From: a virus
Lineage: Duplodnaviria; Caudoviricetes
Reading direction: 5' to 3' (one strand)
Length of the DNA: 34,693 nucleotides
IMG/VR virus record: IMGVR_UViG_3300044262_000043
Location: 1-34,693 of that record
This document shows, one piece after another, positions 23,271-32,603 of the stretch. The notes beneath the pieces were generated by a model. It saw only the letters and a list, made by a program, of their open reading frames with translations, searched no databases and had not been told where the DNA came from. The position numbers were made by a program, and so were the translations under genes. How positions within the stretch are numbered: the stretch's first letter is position 1; every line of letters begins with the position of its first letter.

Positions 23271-24533
23271 ATGGCCAACAGTATCCTGACGAACACCGTC
23301 ATTACCCGCGAAGCCGCCCGCGTGCTGCATCAGGCGGACAATTTCCTTGGCTCGGTCAACACGTCGTATGACGACCAGTTTGCCAAGTCCGGCGCCAAGG
23401 CCGGTACGACCATCGGCATGCGTCTGCCGACCAAGTACAAGGCGCGCACGTCGGCCACCTTTGCCGGCCAGAACCACGTCGAGCGCAGCACGCCGCTTGC
23501 CGTGCTGAGCCAGTGGGGCGTGGACGTGTCGTTCACCACGTACGACCGCACGCTGAGCTTGGACGACTTCTCCAAGCGCATCATCCAGCCGGCCATCAAG
23601 CAACTGGCGGCCGAAGTGGCTGGCGATTGCATGGCCAAGGCGTACAAGGCGATCAACAACTACACCAACGCCACCACCAACGCCGCGCTGACCTACAAGT
23701 ACTTCCAGCAGAACGGCGCCAACATGACCAACTGCCTTGCGCCGATTGCGGATCGCTCCGCGCTGCTGTCGCCGCTGTCGATGGTCGAGTTCCTTGACGC
23801 CACCAAGGGCCTGTTCGCGCACCAGAGCAATCTGGAAGAGCAGTTCCGCGAAGGCATGATGGGTCGCACCGGTGGCTTCGACGTGGGCGAGAACACGATG
23901 CTGCCGTCGCACACCACGGGCTCGCTGGCCGGTTCGCCGCTCACCAACGGCACCGCGCTCGGCACGTCCACCACGGTCAACGCATGGGTCAGCCAGACCG
24001 TGCTGAACATCGACGGCGCGACGTCCACCACGACGCTCAAGGCCGGCGACATCATCACGCTGTCGGGTGTCTATCGGGTCCATCCCGAGACCAAGGCCAA
24101 CACGGGCAAGCTGCAGACGTTCGTGGTGCAGGCCGACGTGACGCTGACCACAGCGGCCACGGGTTACGATGTGACGGTGGTTCCGCCCATGATCTACGGC
24201 AGTGGCAATTCGTTCCAGAATTGCGTGCTGTCGGGCGTGGCCAATTCGGACGGCCTGACCGTCACGCGCATCGGCGCGGCATCAACGCAGTTTGCGCAAG
24301 ACCTGTTCTTCCACAAGGATGCGTTCGCCGTGGCGTTCGTTGATCTGGAAGACGTGTCGCAGTACGGCGCGGCCTGCCAGCGTGTCAGCACCGACAAGAC
24401 CAGCATCCGCTTCATCCAGCAGTACAACAGCACGGATGACGTGGTTGTGGCGCGCTTCGACGTGTGCTGGGGCTTCGCGCCCCTGTACCCGGAACTGGCT
24501 TCGCGTCACCTGACGACTGCCAGCCTGCTGTAG
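23271..24533 (+). CDS. Major capsid protein, P22 gp5-like
   Basis: MANSILT..VITREAARVL, YDDQFA..GAKAGTTI..RLP, LSLDDFSKRIIQPA, LKAGDIITLSGV..VHP.TK, FHKDAFA, RFDVCWG. Confidence 0.95.
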   Translation: MANSILTNTVITREAARVLHQADNFLGSVNTSYDDQFAKSGAKAGTTIGMRLPTKYKARTSATFAGQNHVERSTPLAVLSQWGVDVSFTTYDRTLSLDDFSKRIIQPAIKQLAAEVAGDCMAKAYKAINNYTNATTNAALTYKYFQQNGANMTNCLAPIADRSALLSPLSMVEFLDATKGLFAHQSNLEEQFREGMMGRTGGFDVGENTMLPSHTTGSLAGSPLTNGTALGTSTTVNAWVSQTVLNIDGATSTTTLKAGDIITLSGVYRVHPETKANTGKLQTFVVQADVTLTTAATGYDVTVVPPMIYGSGNSFQNCVLSGVANSDGLTVTRIGAASTQFAQDLFFHKDAFAVAFVDLEDVSQYGAACQRVSTDKTSIRFIQQYNSTDDVVVARFDVCWGFAPLYPELASRHLTTASLL

Positions 24534-24539
24534 TAGTCG

Positions 24540-24567
24540 AGAGGGGGGAGCGATCCCCCCTCTTTTT
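24540..24567 (+). terminator. Rho-independent terminator after the coat gene
   Basis: AGAGGGGGGA-GCGA-TCCCCCCTCT followed by TTTT (GNRA loop). Confidence 0.9.
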
Positions 24568-24582
24568 ACCCAAGGGGGGGCA

Positions 24583-25425
24583 ATGTCCAAGCTGGGCGAC
24601 AAGAGAAAGAAACAAGCCGCACCATCCGCAGTACCCGCACCACGATCCCTGCACGCTTACGTCTGCACCCCGGCCTACGATGGCAAGGTCGAGTGCAACT
24701 ACTCCCAGTCCCTCGCTGAAGCCGCATTCTGTGCCCCGCTGCATGGCGTGCGCATGACCGCCGGCGTCATGGGCAACGGTGCCTTCATCGATCTGGCGCG
24801 CAACATCTTCGTCAAGCGCTTCCTTGAGGAATTCACCGACTGCACGCATCTGTTCTTCATCGATGCCGATCTGCGCTTCCAGCCCAATGCCTTCATCGGC
24901 CTGCTGAAAGCCAACCTGCCGGTGAGCGCGGGTGTCTACCGGCGCCGGCAGGAGCCCGAGGAATACCCGTTCCGTGCGGTGGACAACCCGAATGGCGGCG
25001 GCCTGTGGTTCGTCGAGGACTGGCTGCAGTGCGACCGGGTGCCGACCGGGTTCCTGTGCATCCGCCGCGACGTGCTGACCGAGATGGCGGCCGATGCGCC
25101 CAAGATATTCATCCACGGCAACGGGCTGGTGCCATGGGTGTTCCATACCGAGTTTGAGGGTCCGGGGCTCGCCAAGCTGCAGGAGCGCTACGGCCTGTCG
25201 GACGAATTCATCCGCGACTACGGCAAGTGGCTGCCGTTGGACGACAGCAAGTTCATCGGTGAGGACTTCGGCTTCTGCAACGACTATCAAAAGAAGTACG
25301 GCACGCCAATTCCGGTGTGGACCAACTTCGACTTCATTCACGGGGGCTACGCATGCAATCTGTTCAACTGGCTGACGCAGGAAAAGGACAAGATGGACGC
25401 GGCGGCGACCAGCCAAGCGGCCTGA
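24583..25425 (+). CDS. GT-A fold glycosyltransferase
   Basis: VCTPAYDG, IDLARN, THLFFIDAD (DxD), TGFLCIRR and GEDFGFC motifs. Confidence 0.85.
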   Translation: MSKLGDKRKKQAAPSAVPAPRSLHAYVCTPAYDGKVECNYSQSLAEAAFCAPLHGVRMTAGVMGNGAFIDLARNIFVKRFLEEFTDCTHLFFIDADLRFQPNAFIGLLKANLPVSAGVYRRRQEPEEYPFRAVDNPNGGGLWFVEDWLQCDRVPTGFLCIRRDVLTEMAADAPKIFIHGNGLVPWVFHTEFEGPGLAKLQERYGLSDEFIRDYGKWLPLDDSKFIGEDFGFCNDYQKKYGTPIPVWTNFDFIHGGYACNLFNWLTQEKDKMDAAATSQAA

Positions 25426-25426
25426 C

Positions 25427-25954
25427 ATGAGCGAACTGCTGATCGGCTGTGGCAACGACCGCCGCAAGAAGGTGTCGTTCGCGGATTCGCCCACGGAATG
25501 GACCGAACTGACCACGCTCGACGTGGACCCCAGTTGCCACCCGGACGTGCGCCACGACCTGAACAAGCTGCCCTACCCGTTCCTGCCCAACACGTTCGAC
25601 GAAATCCATGCCTACGAAGTGCTGGAACACTGCGGCCGGCAGGGCGACTACAGGTTCTTCTTCGCCCAGTTTGACGAATTCTGGCGCATCCTGAAGCCGG
25701 GCGGCTATTTCATCGGCAGCGCGCCGATGTGGGATTCGATGTGGGCATGGGGCGATCCCGGCCATACCCGGATCATCACCAAGGGCTCTTTGGTGTTCCT
25801 GAACCAAAAAGAGTACGAGCAGGTGGGCACCACCGCCATGACCGATTACCGGCGCATTTACAAGGGAAACTTTGAAACATGCGGCATCGTCGAGGAAAAT
25901 GACAACTTCGGCTTCGTACTGCGTGCAATTAAGGATGCCGCGCCGCACAAATGA
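25427..25954 (+). CDS. Class I SAM-dependent methyltransferase (small-molecule/glycan type)
   Basis: LLIGCG, LDVDP, HDLNKLPYPF...FDEIHAYEVLEH, WRILKPGG, WGDPGH. No DNA-MTase DPPY/PC motif. Confidence 0.85.
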   Translation: MSELLIGCGNDRRKKVSFADSPTEWTELTTLDVDPSCHPDVRHDLNKLPYPFLPNTFDEIHAYEVLEHCGRQGDYRFFFAQFDEFWRILKPGGYFIGSAPMWDSMWAWGDPGHTRIITKGSLVFLNQKEYEQVGTTAMTDYRRIYKGNFETCGIVEENDNFGFVLRAIKDAAPHK

Positions 25955-26055
25955 TTGAAGACGCTACCGTTTTGGTGTAGCGTATAGGGTAGAGTTACAG
26001 CGTTCCGTCCGCAGGCCAGCCGCGCGAGGCCAGCTAGCCCCACCATGAGGCAAGC

Positions 26056-26706
26056 ATGGCCATCGCCAATTATTCCGATCTGCAATCCGCAGTACTGGCA
26101 TGGGTAGTCAGGACCGGCGACACCGAGTCCACTACCCGGGTGCCCGACTTCATTCGGCTGTTTGAAGCGGAAGCCAACCGGCGCATCCGCGTGCGCCACA
26201 ACATGACCACCACGGCCCTGACGCTGACGTCAGGCACGTCGGCCGTCACCCTGCCCGCCGGTTTCCTTGAGGAAATCGAACTCAACTACACCGACAACGA
26301 CGCCCGGCTGTCGCGCGCCTCGTTCGACACCATCGACCGTGCCCGCAATGTGCTGCAGCCGACCGGGCAGCCGGCGCTCTATGCGATCAGCGGAACGCAG
26401 ATTCTCTTTGAGCGCAGTGCTGATGCCGACTATGCGCTGCTGCTGCGCTACTACGCCGCGTGGGACATTGCCAGCGACACCACCAACTGGTTGCTGACCT
26501 ACGCCCCGGATGCCTACCTGTTTGGCGCGGTGGCCGAAGCGGCTATGTTCGTGCGCGACGACCAGTTGCTGAGCATGGCAATGCAGCGGCGTGATGCCGC
26601 GATCCGCGAAATCCTCAACGCCGACCACCGCAACAAGAACCGCCTGCTGTCGGTCGATAACGCGCTGCAGGCGGGTGGTTCCTACGACTACAGGAGTGAC
26701 CGCTGA
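26056..26706 (+). CDS. Head-to-tail adaptor protein
   Basis: MAIANYSDLQSAV..W..R, PDFIRLFEA...RRIR, TNWLL..APDAYLFGA pattern. Confidence 0.85.
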   Translation: MAIANYSDLQSAVLAWVVRTGDTESTTRVPDFIRLFEAEANRRIRVRHNMTTTALTLTSGTSAVTLPAGFLEEIELNYTDNDARLSRASFDTIDRARNVLQPTGQPALYAISGTQILFERSADADYALLLRYYAAWDIASDTTNWLLTYAPDAYLFGAVAEAAMFVRDDQLLSMAMQRRDAAIREILNADHRNKNRLLSVDNALQAGGSYDYRSDR

Positions 26707-26999
26707 TGGGACTCGAAACCGGCACCTACATTTCGTCGCTCAACTCGTCCAACCCGGTAGTGGGTGACGCCAAGACCGAAGGCGACGATCACATCCGGCT
26801 GATCAAGGCGACGCTGCTGGCGACCTTCCCGAACATCACCGGGGCAGTGACGCCGACGCACACGGAACTGAACTACGTCGATGGCGTGACCAGTGCGCTG
26901 CAGACGCAGATCGATGCCAAGTACTCGACATCGAAGATCACGATTTCCACCAGTGCGGCCAGTGGCGGCGCTGACAAAGACATCTGGATTCAGTACTGA
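26706..26999 (+). CDS. Short tail fibre (virion-attachment domain)
   Basis: MGLE...NP...EGDDHIRLIK..L..TFPNI and ELNYVDGVTS..QTQID motifs of podophage fibre N-termini. Confidence 0.75.
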   Translation: MGLETGTYISSLNSSNPVVGDAKTEGDDHIRLIKATLLATFPNITGAVTPTHTELNYVDGVTSALQTQIDAKYSTSKITISTSAASGGADKDIWIQY

Positions 27000-27000
27000 C

Positions 27001-27513
27001 ATGGCGTTTTACATCAAGGATGGCAGCACGTGGCGCCAAGCCAAAAACGTCTATGTGAATAACGGCGGCACATGGCGCACGGCCAAAACAGTCTGGTGCA
27101 AGGATGGCTCGACGTGGCGCGCATCGTGGATGTTCAACGGCGCCCTGACGATTGGCTCGACGCCTTACATCTATGGCTGGGATGCCGGCCCGGTAGGCAA
27201 CTACACGCCGGCCAATGACTACAGCGGGGTTTACCGCCTGTTTCGCTGCAACTTCTATGAAAGCGGCTATGTCGGCGCGCCAAAGACCAGCATAGGCATT
27301 TATCGCAACGACTCCGGGCAGATGACCGGAATCACCAAGACCAATCTGTGGAAGGACGCCTATATCGTTGGCGGCAATTCGGTCAGCGCTGCGGCAGCGA
27401 GCGATTTCGTCAACTTTGGCACTTCGTGCGTATGGGAGTGGTATTCGGGTGATCACTTGAACCTGAAGGCCAACAACGGCAACACGATCCAACTTCAAGT
27501 GACCGGCATATAG
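27001..27513 (+). CDS. Fibre-tip adhesin (Trp-repeat attachment domain)
   Basis: Start at ATG 27001, three (K/N)(D/N)G(S/G)TWR repeats then an aromatic beta domain. Confidence 0.7.
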   Translation: MAFYIKDGSTWRQAKNVYVNNGGTWRTAKTVWCKDGSTWRASWMFNGALTIGSTPYIYGWDAGPVGNYTPANDYSGVYRLFRCNFYESGYVGAPKTSIGIYRNDSGQMTGITKTNLWKDAYIVGGNSVSAAAASDFVNFGTSCVWEWYSGDHLNLKANNGNTIQLQVTGI

Positions 27514-27516
27514 ACG

Positions 27517-27708
27517 ATGGCAACCAATCGCAGAATCATTGAAGCGGCCAACGAACTGTCGCGCGCGCAGGATCAACTGCAGGCGCTCAAGGATCGCAAG
27601 GCCACGCTGCAGGCCGGCATCACCGAAGTCAACCTGCGCATCGATGAAGTGCAGCCGGTGGTCAACGCTGCCCTTGCCGCGCTCAAGACGCTGGTGAACG
27701 AGCCGTGA
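27517..27708 (+). CDS. Small coiled-coil protein (possible fibre chaperone)
   Basis: 63 aa heptad pattern, GTGA-coupled to the nozzle gene. Confidence 0.6.
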   Translation: MATNRRIIEAANELSRAQDQLQALKDRKATLQAGITEVNLRIDEVQPVVNAALAALKTLVNEP

Positions 27709-29243
27709 TCTACACCCTTGATGCCGGCGACGGCGGGCTCGCGGCTGATCTGGACGGCATGGAGGCGTCGGACAAGCTGTGGACGGCTGGTGCCAACGTG
27801 CGTTTCGAGAATGGCTATTTCAAGCCGTTCGCCGGGCACTCTGCGCTCTACGATCCGCCGACCGTTGCGCCCTACGGCATCTTCCCGCTGCGCACGGTGT
27901 CGCAGAACCTCTGGGCCTACATGGGGCTCACCAAGGCGTATGCGGTCAACAATGCCGGCACGCATACCGACATCACGCGCGCGGCCGGCGACTACACCGC
28001 GACCGCCGACACCAAGTGGACCGGTGGGGCGCTGACGTCCTACCTGATCTTCAACAACGTCAACGATGCGCCGCAAAGCTGGGACGGAAATACCAGCAAC
28101 GATGCGATCCTGCTGAACGCTTGGACCAGTACGCACCGCTGCGCCGCCATGCGGCCGCTGCGCAACTATCTGGTGGCGGTGAACGTCAACAAGAATGGCA
28201 CCACCTACCCGGTGCTGGTGAAGTGGTCGCATGCGGCCGATCCGGGCGCGCTGCCGACGTCATGGGACCACACCAATCCCGCCCTTGATGCCGGCGAGCA
28301 GGACATTGCCGACAGCAATGGCGAACTGGTGGACCTGATGCCGCTGGGTGATCTGGGCATCATCTACGCCACCGATTCGTACCACGCCATGCAGTACGTC
28401 GGCGGCACCTACATCTGGCGCTTCCAGAAGTTGTTTGGCGGCGCCGGGGCGATTTCGCAGAACTGCGCGATTGAGTATCCGGGCGGCCACTGCGTGCTGT
28501 CGTCGGGTGACGTGATTTCGCATGCCGGCGGCGCGCCGCGCTCGGTGATCAACGCGCGCATGCGCACCAACCTCTTCAACGCCATCGACTCGACCTACTT
28601 CGGTCGCTCGTTCTTGGCGCACAACGAACTGCGCTCGGAAATCTGGGTCTGCATCCCCGAGACCGGCCAGACCGCCTGCACCAAAGCCTACGTGTGGAAC
28701 TATGCGCAGGATTCGTGGAGCATCCGCGATCTGCCGAACGCCACGGCGGCCAATCTCGGGCCGGTAGTCTCGGCCACGACTTCGACGTGGGCCACTGCTG
28801 AAGGCACGTGGGCCGATGACACCGGCACGTGGGCCTCGCCCAATATCTCGTCGATCAAGCGCCGGCTGGTGCTGACCACCAGCGGCACCAAGCTGTACCT
28901 CGTTGACGACGGCACCACCTACGATGGTTCGTCGCCCAGCATGTACGTGGAGCGCACCGGGCTCGACTTGGGCGACCCGACCACCATCAAGTTCGTCAAG
29001 TCGGTGCGGCCGCACATTGATGCGGCCATCGGCACCGTGGTCAACGTGCGCATGGGCGGATCGATGACCGCTGATGGGCAGGTGAGTTGGTCGGATGCAA
29101 TCCCCTACACCGTGGGCTCATCCATCGGTGCCTATGGCCGGGTGTCGGGGCGCTTCGTTGCGGTCAAGCTGGAAAGCACGGCCGGCGCGGCGTGGCGCTG
29201 CCGCAAGCTGGAAATCGAATACGTGGCGGGCGGGGCGCGATGA
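27705..29243 (+). CDS. Tail nozzle/hub (P22 gp10, T7 gp12 analogue; beta-propeller)
   Basis: G...D...WT.G.NVRF, VKWSHAADP, GAISQNC, EIWVC.P and SGRFVAVKL motifs, plus gene position. Confidence 0.8.
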   Translation: MIYTLDAGDGGLAADLDGMEASDKLWTAGANVRFENGYFKPFAGHSALYDPPTVAPYGIFPLRTVSQNLWAYMGLTKAYAVNNAGTHTDITRAAGDYTATADTKWTGGALTSYLIFNNVNDAPQSWDGNTSNDAILLNAWTSTHRCAAMRPLRNYLVAVNVNKNGTTYPVLVKWSHAADPGALPTSWDHTNPALDAGEQDIADSNGELVDLMPLGDLGIIYATDSYHAMQYVGGTYIWRFQKLFGGAGAISQNCAIEYPGGHCVLSSGDVISHAGGAPRSVINARMRTNLFNAIDSTYFGRSFLAHNELRSEIWVCIPETGQTACTKAYVWNYAQDSWSIRDLPNATAANLGPVVSATTSTWATAEGTWADDTGTWASPNISSIKRRLVLTTSGTKLYLVDDGTTYDGSSPSMYVERTGLDLGDPTTIKFVKSVRPHIDAAIGTVVNVRMGGSMTADGQVSWSDAIPYTVGSSIGAYGRVSGRFVAVKLESTAGAAWRCRKLEIEYVAGGAR

Positions 29244-29491
29244 GCAGCTACCAGCCCATTCCGCCGCTGCCGGATGACGTCAAGCAACCGGCCCAGTACA
29301 CCTATTCGGAGTTGCTTGATCTGGCGCAAGCCTTGTCTGAAGCGCAGCCGTTCGTGCTGCTGCAGGTATTGAACGTCGCCCCCGACAAGCCGCGCGACGG
29401 CATGGTGGTGCTGGCGGATGGAACCAACTGGAACCCGGGCAGCGGCGCGGGATTCTATGGCCGCAGCGGCGGTGCATGGGTCAAGTTCTAA
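29240..29491 (+). CDS. Putative tail needle/plug
   Basis: ATG 29240 coupled to the nozzle stop, APDKPRDGMVVLADGTNWNPGSG.G.Y....W C-terminus. Confidence 0.6.
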   Translation: MSSYQPIPPLPDDVKQPAQYTYSELLDLAQALSEAQPFVLLQVLNVAPDKPRDGMVVLADGTNWNPGSGAGFYGRSGGAWVKF

Positions 29492-29500
29492 GGACGCACG

Positions 29501-31207
29501 ATGCAACCCTATTACGACCAGCAAGGCAACCTGTTCATCTGGACCGGTGCCGGCTATCACATGATCCCGGCGATTGCGCAGGCTGATGCTGGCCAGTACC
29601 GCACGCCGGGGCTGCAGACCATCGACCACAGCGACCCGCAGTACGGCTCTGGTGCGTCGGACATGTTCGGCATCATCAACTCAGAGAAGTACGGTCTGAA
29701 CATGGACCCGTCGAACTGGATGCAGATCGGCAATCAGGCGGGCAACAGCAACGACCCGAACGCCTTTTCGTACCAGTTGAAGTCGGGCGACAAGCAGGGA
29801 TCGATGATCGACTTCGTGCTGGACCCGGCCACCGGTCAGTATCGCCCGCAACTGCGCGGTGAGACCTACTGGGACACCAACACCAACAAGCAGGCATGGA
29901 AGGCGGCCATCCCGTTCGCGGCCATGGGCGCTGCGATGGCTGCGCCAGCGCTTATGGGCGCCGGGGCCGGGACTGGTGGCGGCGTCACGGGTGGCGTAGC
30001 CGGTGGCGGCGCGGGTGGCGCTGGCGGCGGCATTGCCGGCATGAATGCGGCCGGCGGCTGGGGCCTCACCGGCGGCATGGGCAGTGGCATCGGCGGCACG
30101 ACCGGCGCAGTGGCCGGCGGCAGCGGCTCGACGCTCGCTAGTCTGGCTGAGGGCGGATTGCTGGGCGGTTCGCCCGGCATGAGCGCGGCCGGTGCCGGTA
30201 GCGGCCTGCTACCCACGGGCGCCTCTGGATCGCTGGGCGGCAGCTTTGGTGGCCTGACGCAGATCGGTGGCTATGGTGGCGCCACGGGCGGCGCGCTCGG
30301 CGGCCTGACTGGTGGCGGCAGCAGCAGCATTCCTTCGGCCGGCAGTTGGTTGTCGCAGGCCGGCGAATATCTGGGCAAGGGTAGCTCTCTGGCGTCGGCA
30401 CTGACCGGCGGCGGCGGCAATGGCAGCCTGCTGGGCGGGCTGGTGGGCGCCGGGCTCGGTTATCTGGACGCCAAGAACCAGCCCGATTCGATCACCATCA
30501 AGAACGAAATCGATCCCCGGCTGGCCGACTTCGCCTATGGCCCGAACGGGGTGGCTGGCCATGCGCAGAATGCCTTTGCGCAGGGGCAGGCCAACGACTA
30601 TCTGGGCACAGCCGGCTCGCAGATCAGGGAAATGGGCAGCCAGCCGCTCAAGCCGTGGTCCGAACTGGTGGCCGAGAACAAGGGGCTGTGGGACGCCAAC
30701 CCGTTCATCCAGCAGCAGCAGAAGGCCATCACCGACATGGCCACGCGTAACCTGAACGAGAACGTCATGCCGGGCATCACGTCTCAGGCCAATGCGATGG
30801 GCGGCTATGGCGGCTCGCGCCAAGGCATCGCGCAGGGCCTCGCCATGTCGCGCCTGAACACCGATCTGGCGCCAGCACTCTCGACGCTCGCTTCCAATGC
30901 ATGGGAAAACAGTCAAGGCCGCGCCATGCAGGGTGCGCAGTACCAAGGCAACTACGGGCTGCAGGATCGCACGTCACGCGCCGCGCTGATTGGTGCCGGC
31001 TCGGAAATGCAGGCGCGTGCCCCTTGGTACAACGTCAATCAGTTGGGCGAGACCATGGGCCGGCTGCCGGGCAACAGCAGCCAGACCACGCCGCTCTTCA
31101 AGAACCCGATTGCCGGGGCCATCGGTGGCGCACAGGCCGGCTCGCAGTGGGCTGGCAATGTGGACTGGGGCAAGATCATCAGCAGCATCGGCGGACTGTT
31201 CAAGTAG
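29501..31207 (+). CDS. DNA ejection/pilot protein (Gly-rich)
   Basis: Gly/Ala-rich hydrophobic segments, NPF...AMGGYGGSRQGIAQG motif, position after the nozzle. Confidence 0.75.
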   Translation: MQPYYDQQGNLFIWTGAGYHMIPAIAQADAGQYRTPGLQTIDHSDPQYGSGASDMFGIINSEKYGLNMDPSNWMQIGNQAGNSNDPNAFSYQLKSGDKQGSMIDFVLDPATGQYRPQLRGETYWDTNTNKQAWKAAIPFAAMGAAMAAPALMGAGAGTGGGVTGGVAGGGAGGAGGGIAGMNAAGGWGLTGGMGSGIGGTTGAVAGGSGSTLASLAEGGLLGGSPGMSAAGAGSGLLPTGASGSLGGSFGGLTQIGGYGGATGGALGGLTGGGSSSIPSAGSWLSQAGEYLGKGSSLASALTGGGGNGSLLGGLVGAGLGYLDAKNQPDSITIKNEIDPRLADFAYGPNGVAGHAQNAFAQGQANDYLGTAGSQIREMGSQPLKPWSELVAENKGLWDANPFIQQQQKAITDMATRNLNENVMPGITSQANAMGGYGGSRQGIAQGLAMSRLNTDLAPALSTLASNAWENSQGRAMQGAQYQGNYGLQDRTSRAALIGAGSEMQARAPWYNVNQLGETMGRLPGNSSQTTPLFKNPIAGAIGGAQAGSQWAGNVDWGKIISSIGGLFK

Positions 31208-31216
31208 GGATTAACG

Positions 31217-32602
31217 ATGGCCGGACTATTCGATTTCAACTACCAAGACCCGAATCAGGTGGGGCAGATGGCCTTTGGCGCCGGCATGCTCGACGCTGCC
31301 GGTCCCAGCAAGATGCCGGTGTCGGTCGGTCAAGCGCTGGCGCGCGCGATGATGGCGCGGCAGCAGGCCGCCATGCAGGTGGCCGAGGCGCAGCGGCGCA
31401 ACGCGCTCAATGACGCCACCATCCAGAAGATGCAGGCTGATGCCGGCTACCGCAAGCTGCTGGCCGAGAAGGGCATCATGCCAGACACGCCGGCCGCCGT
31501 GCAGGTGTACGAGTACTGGAAAAAGCTCAGCCCGGAAGAGCAGTATGCCTTCTCGGCCACGCAGCGCGGTGCCGTCAGCAAGGTCATCAACGGCATCGTC
31601 CATGAATGGATGGGGCCGCAGATTGGCTGGGTGCCGCAGACCACGGTGCAGAAGGAATCCGAGGCGCAAAGCACCATCGCGCAGGGCCAAGCCTATGGCA
31701 CCGGCATCGGCCGCGCCGCCACCACGCCCAAGGAAGTCTGGCGCAATGGCCAACCGGGCTATGCCACCGAACTGGACATCATGCGCGAGAACGGCCTGCT
31801 GGGTAACGCGCCGCGCCTTGGCGGCCTTGGTGGTGGCATGCCGCCACCGATTGGCAACCCGATGCCGAACTTCCAGCGTGTGCCGCAGCCGCAACCACAG
31901 CAGCCGCAGCCGGCCGCGCCGCCACCGGTGGACTACCCGGCCACGCCGCAGGGCATCCGCCAACTGGGTGAATCCATCGTGTCCGGCCAGACGCCCATCA
32001 CGGACGGTCCCGCACCTGTAGCCGCTGGGCCACAGACCGGCGCCATCCAGCCGCCGTCAGCGGGTGCTGCAGTGCTGGCCGGCGAGCGCGAAAAGGAAGT
32101 CGAGAAGGAAAAGCTGCGCGCCAAGCGCAACGCCGACTATCCGCGCGCCAAGGGGGCGCTGAACAGCCTGAAGGACAGCACGGAGCGCGGGCTGAAGCTC
32201 ATCGAAAAGCTGGAAAAGAGCCCCGGCGCCTTCTGGAATACCGGCCTGTTGTCAAACATTCCGGTGCGGCTGATTAAAGGCACGGACGCTTATGACGATG
32301 AAACCATGCAGATGCAGCCGTTGCGCGACAAGGTGGTCATCGAAACGATGAAGCAGTTGAAGGAACTGAGTTCTACCGGCGCCACCGGCTTTGGCCAGTT
32401 GTCAGAGAAGGAAGGCACGCGGCTGGAAAACGCCATCGCCGGCCTGCAGGTGGGCGGCAGCGACAAGGTGCGCGCCGAAAATCTGGCCACCGTGAAAGAT
32501 GCGCTGAAGACCATTCAACTGCGCGCCGAGCAAATCTTTGATGAGGAATTCAAAGAGCAGGAACTTGGCGCGCTGCGCGGCAAGTATCTGAAGAAAGACT
32601 GA
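31217..32602 (+). CDS. DNA ejection/internal virion protein
   Basis: Helical Ala/Gln-rich with a Pro-Gln linker and C-terminal GATGFGQLSEKEG..L motif. Confidence 0.7.
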   Translation: MAGLFDFNYQDPNQVGQMAFGAGMLDAAGPSKMPVSVGQALARAMMARQQAAMQVAEAQRRNALNDATIQKMQADAGYRKLLAEKGIMPDTPAAVQVYEYWKKLSPEEQYAFSATQRGAVSKVINGIVHEWMGPQIGWVPQTTVQKESEAQSTIAQGQAYGTGIGRAATTPKEVWRNGQPGYATELDIMRENGLLGNAPRLGGLGGGMPPPIGNPMPNFQRVPQPQPQQPQPAAPPPVDYPATPQGIRQLGESIVSGQTPITDGPAPVAAGPQTGAIQPPSAGAAVLAGEREKEVEKEKLRAKRNADYPRAKGALNSLKDSTERGLKLIEKLEKSPGAFWNTGLLSNIPVRLIKGTDAYDDETMQMQPLRDKVVIETMKQLKELSSTGATGFGQLSEKEGTRLENAIAGLQVGGSDKVRAENLATVKDALKTIQLRAEQIFDEEFKEQELGALRGKYLKKD

Positions 32603-32603
32603 C

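Noticed and set aside
25427-25954. DNA methyltransferase explaining the CCWGG bias
   Set aside because: Lacks C5 (PC, ENV) and amino-MTase (DPPY/NPPY) motifs and is too short.
25961-25983. Hairpin ACGCTAC...GTAGCGT as a terminator
   Set aside because: Weak stem and no U-tract, so function is unsupported.
29950-30460. Gly-rich low-complexity repeats as collagen or a tandem DNA repeat
   Set aside because: No G-X-Y periodicity. Typical of podophage ejection proteins.
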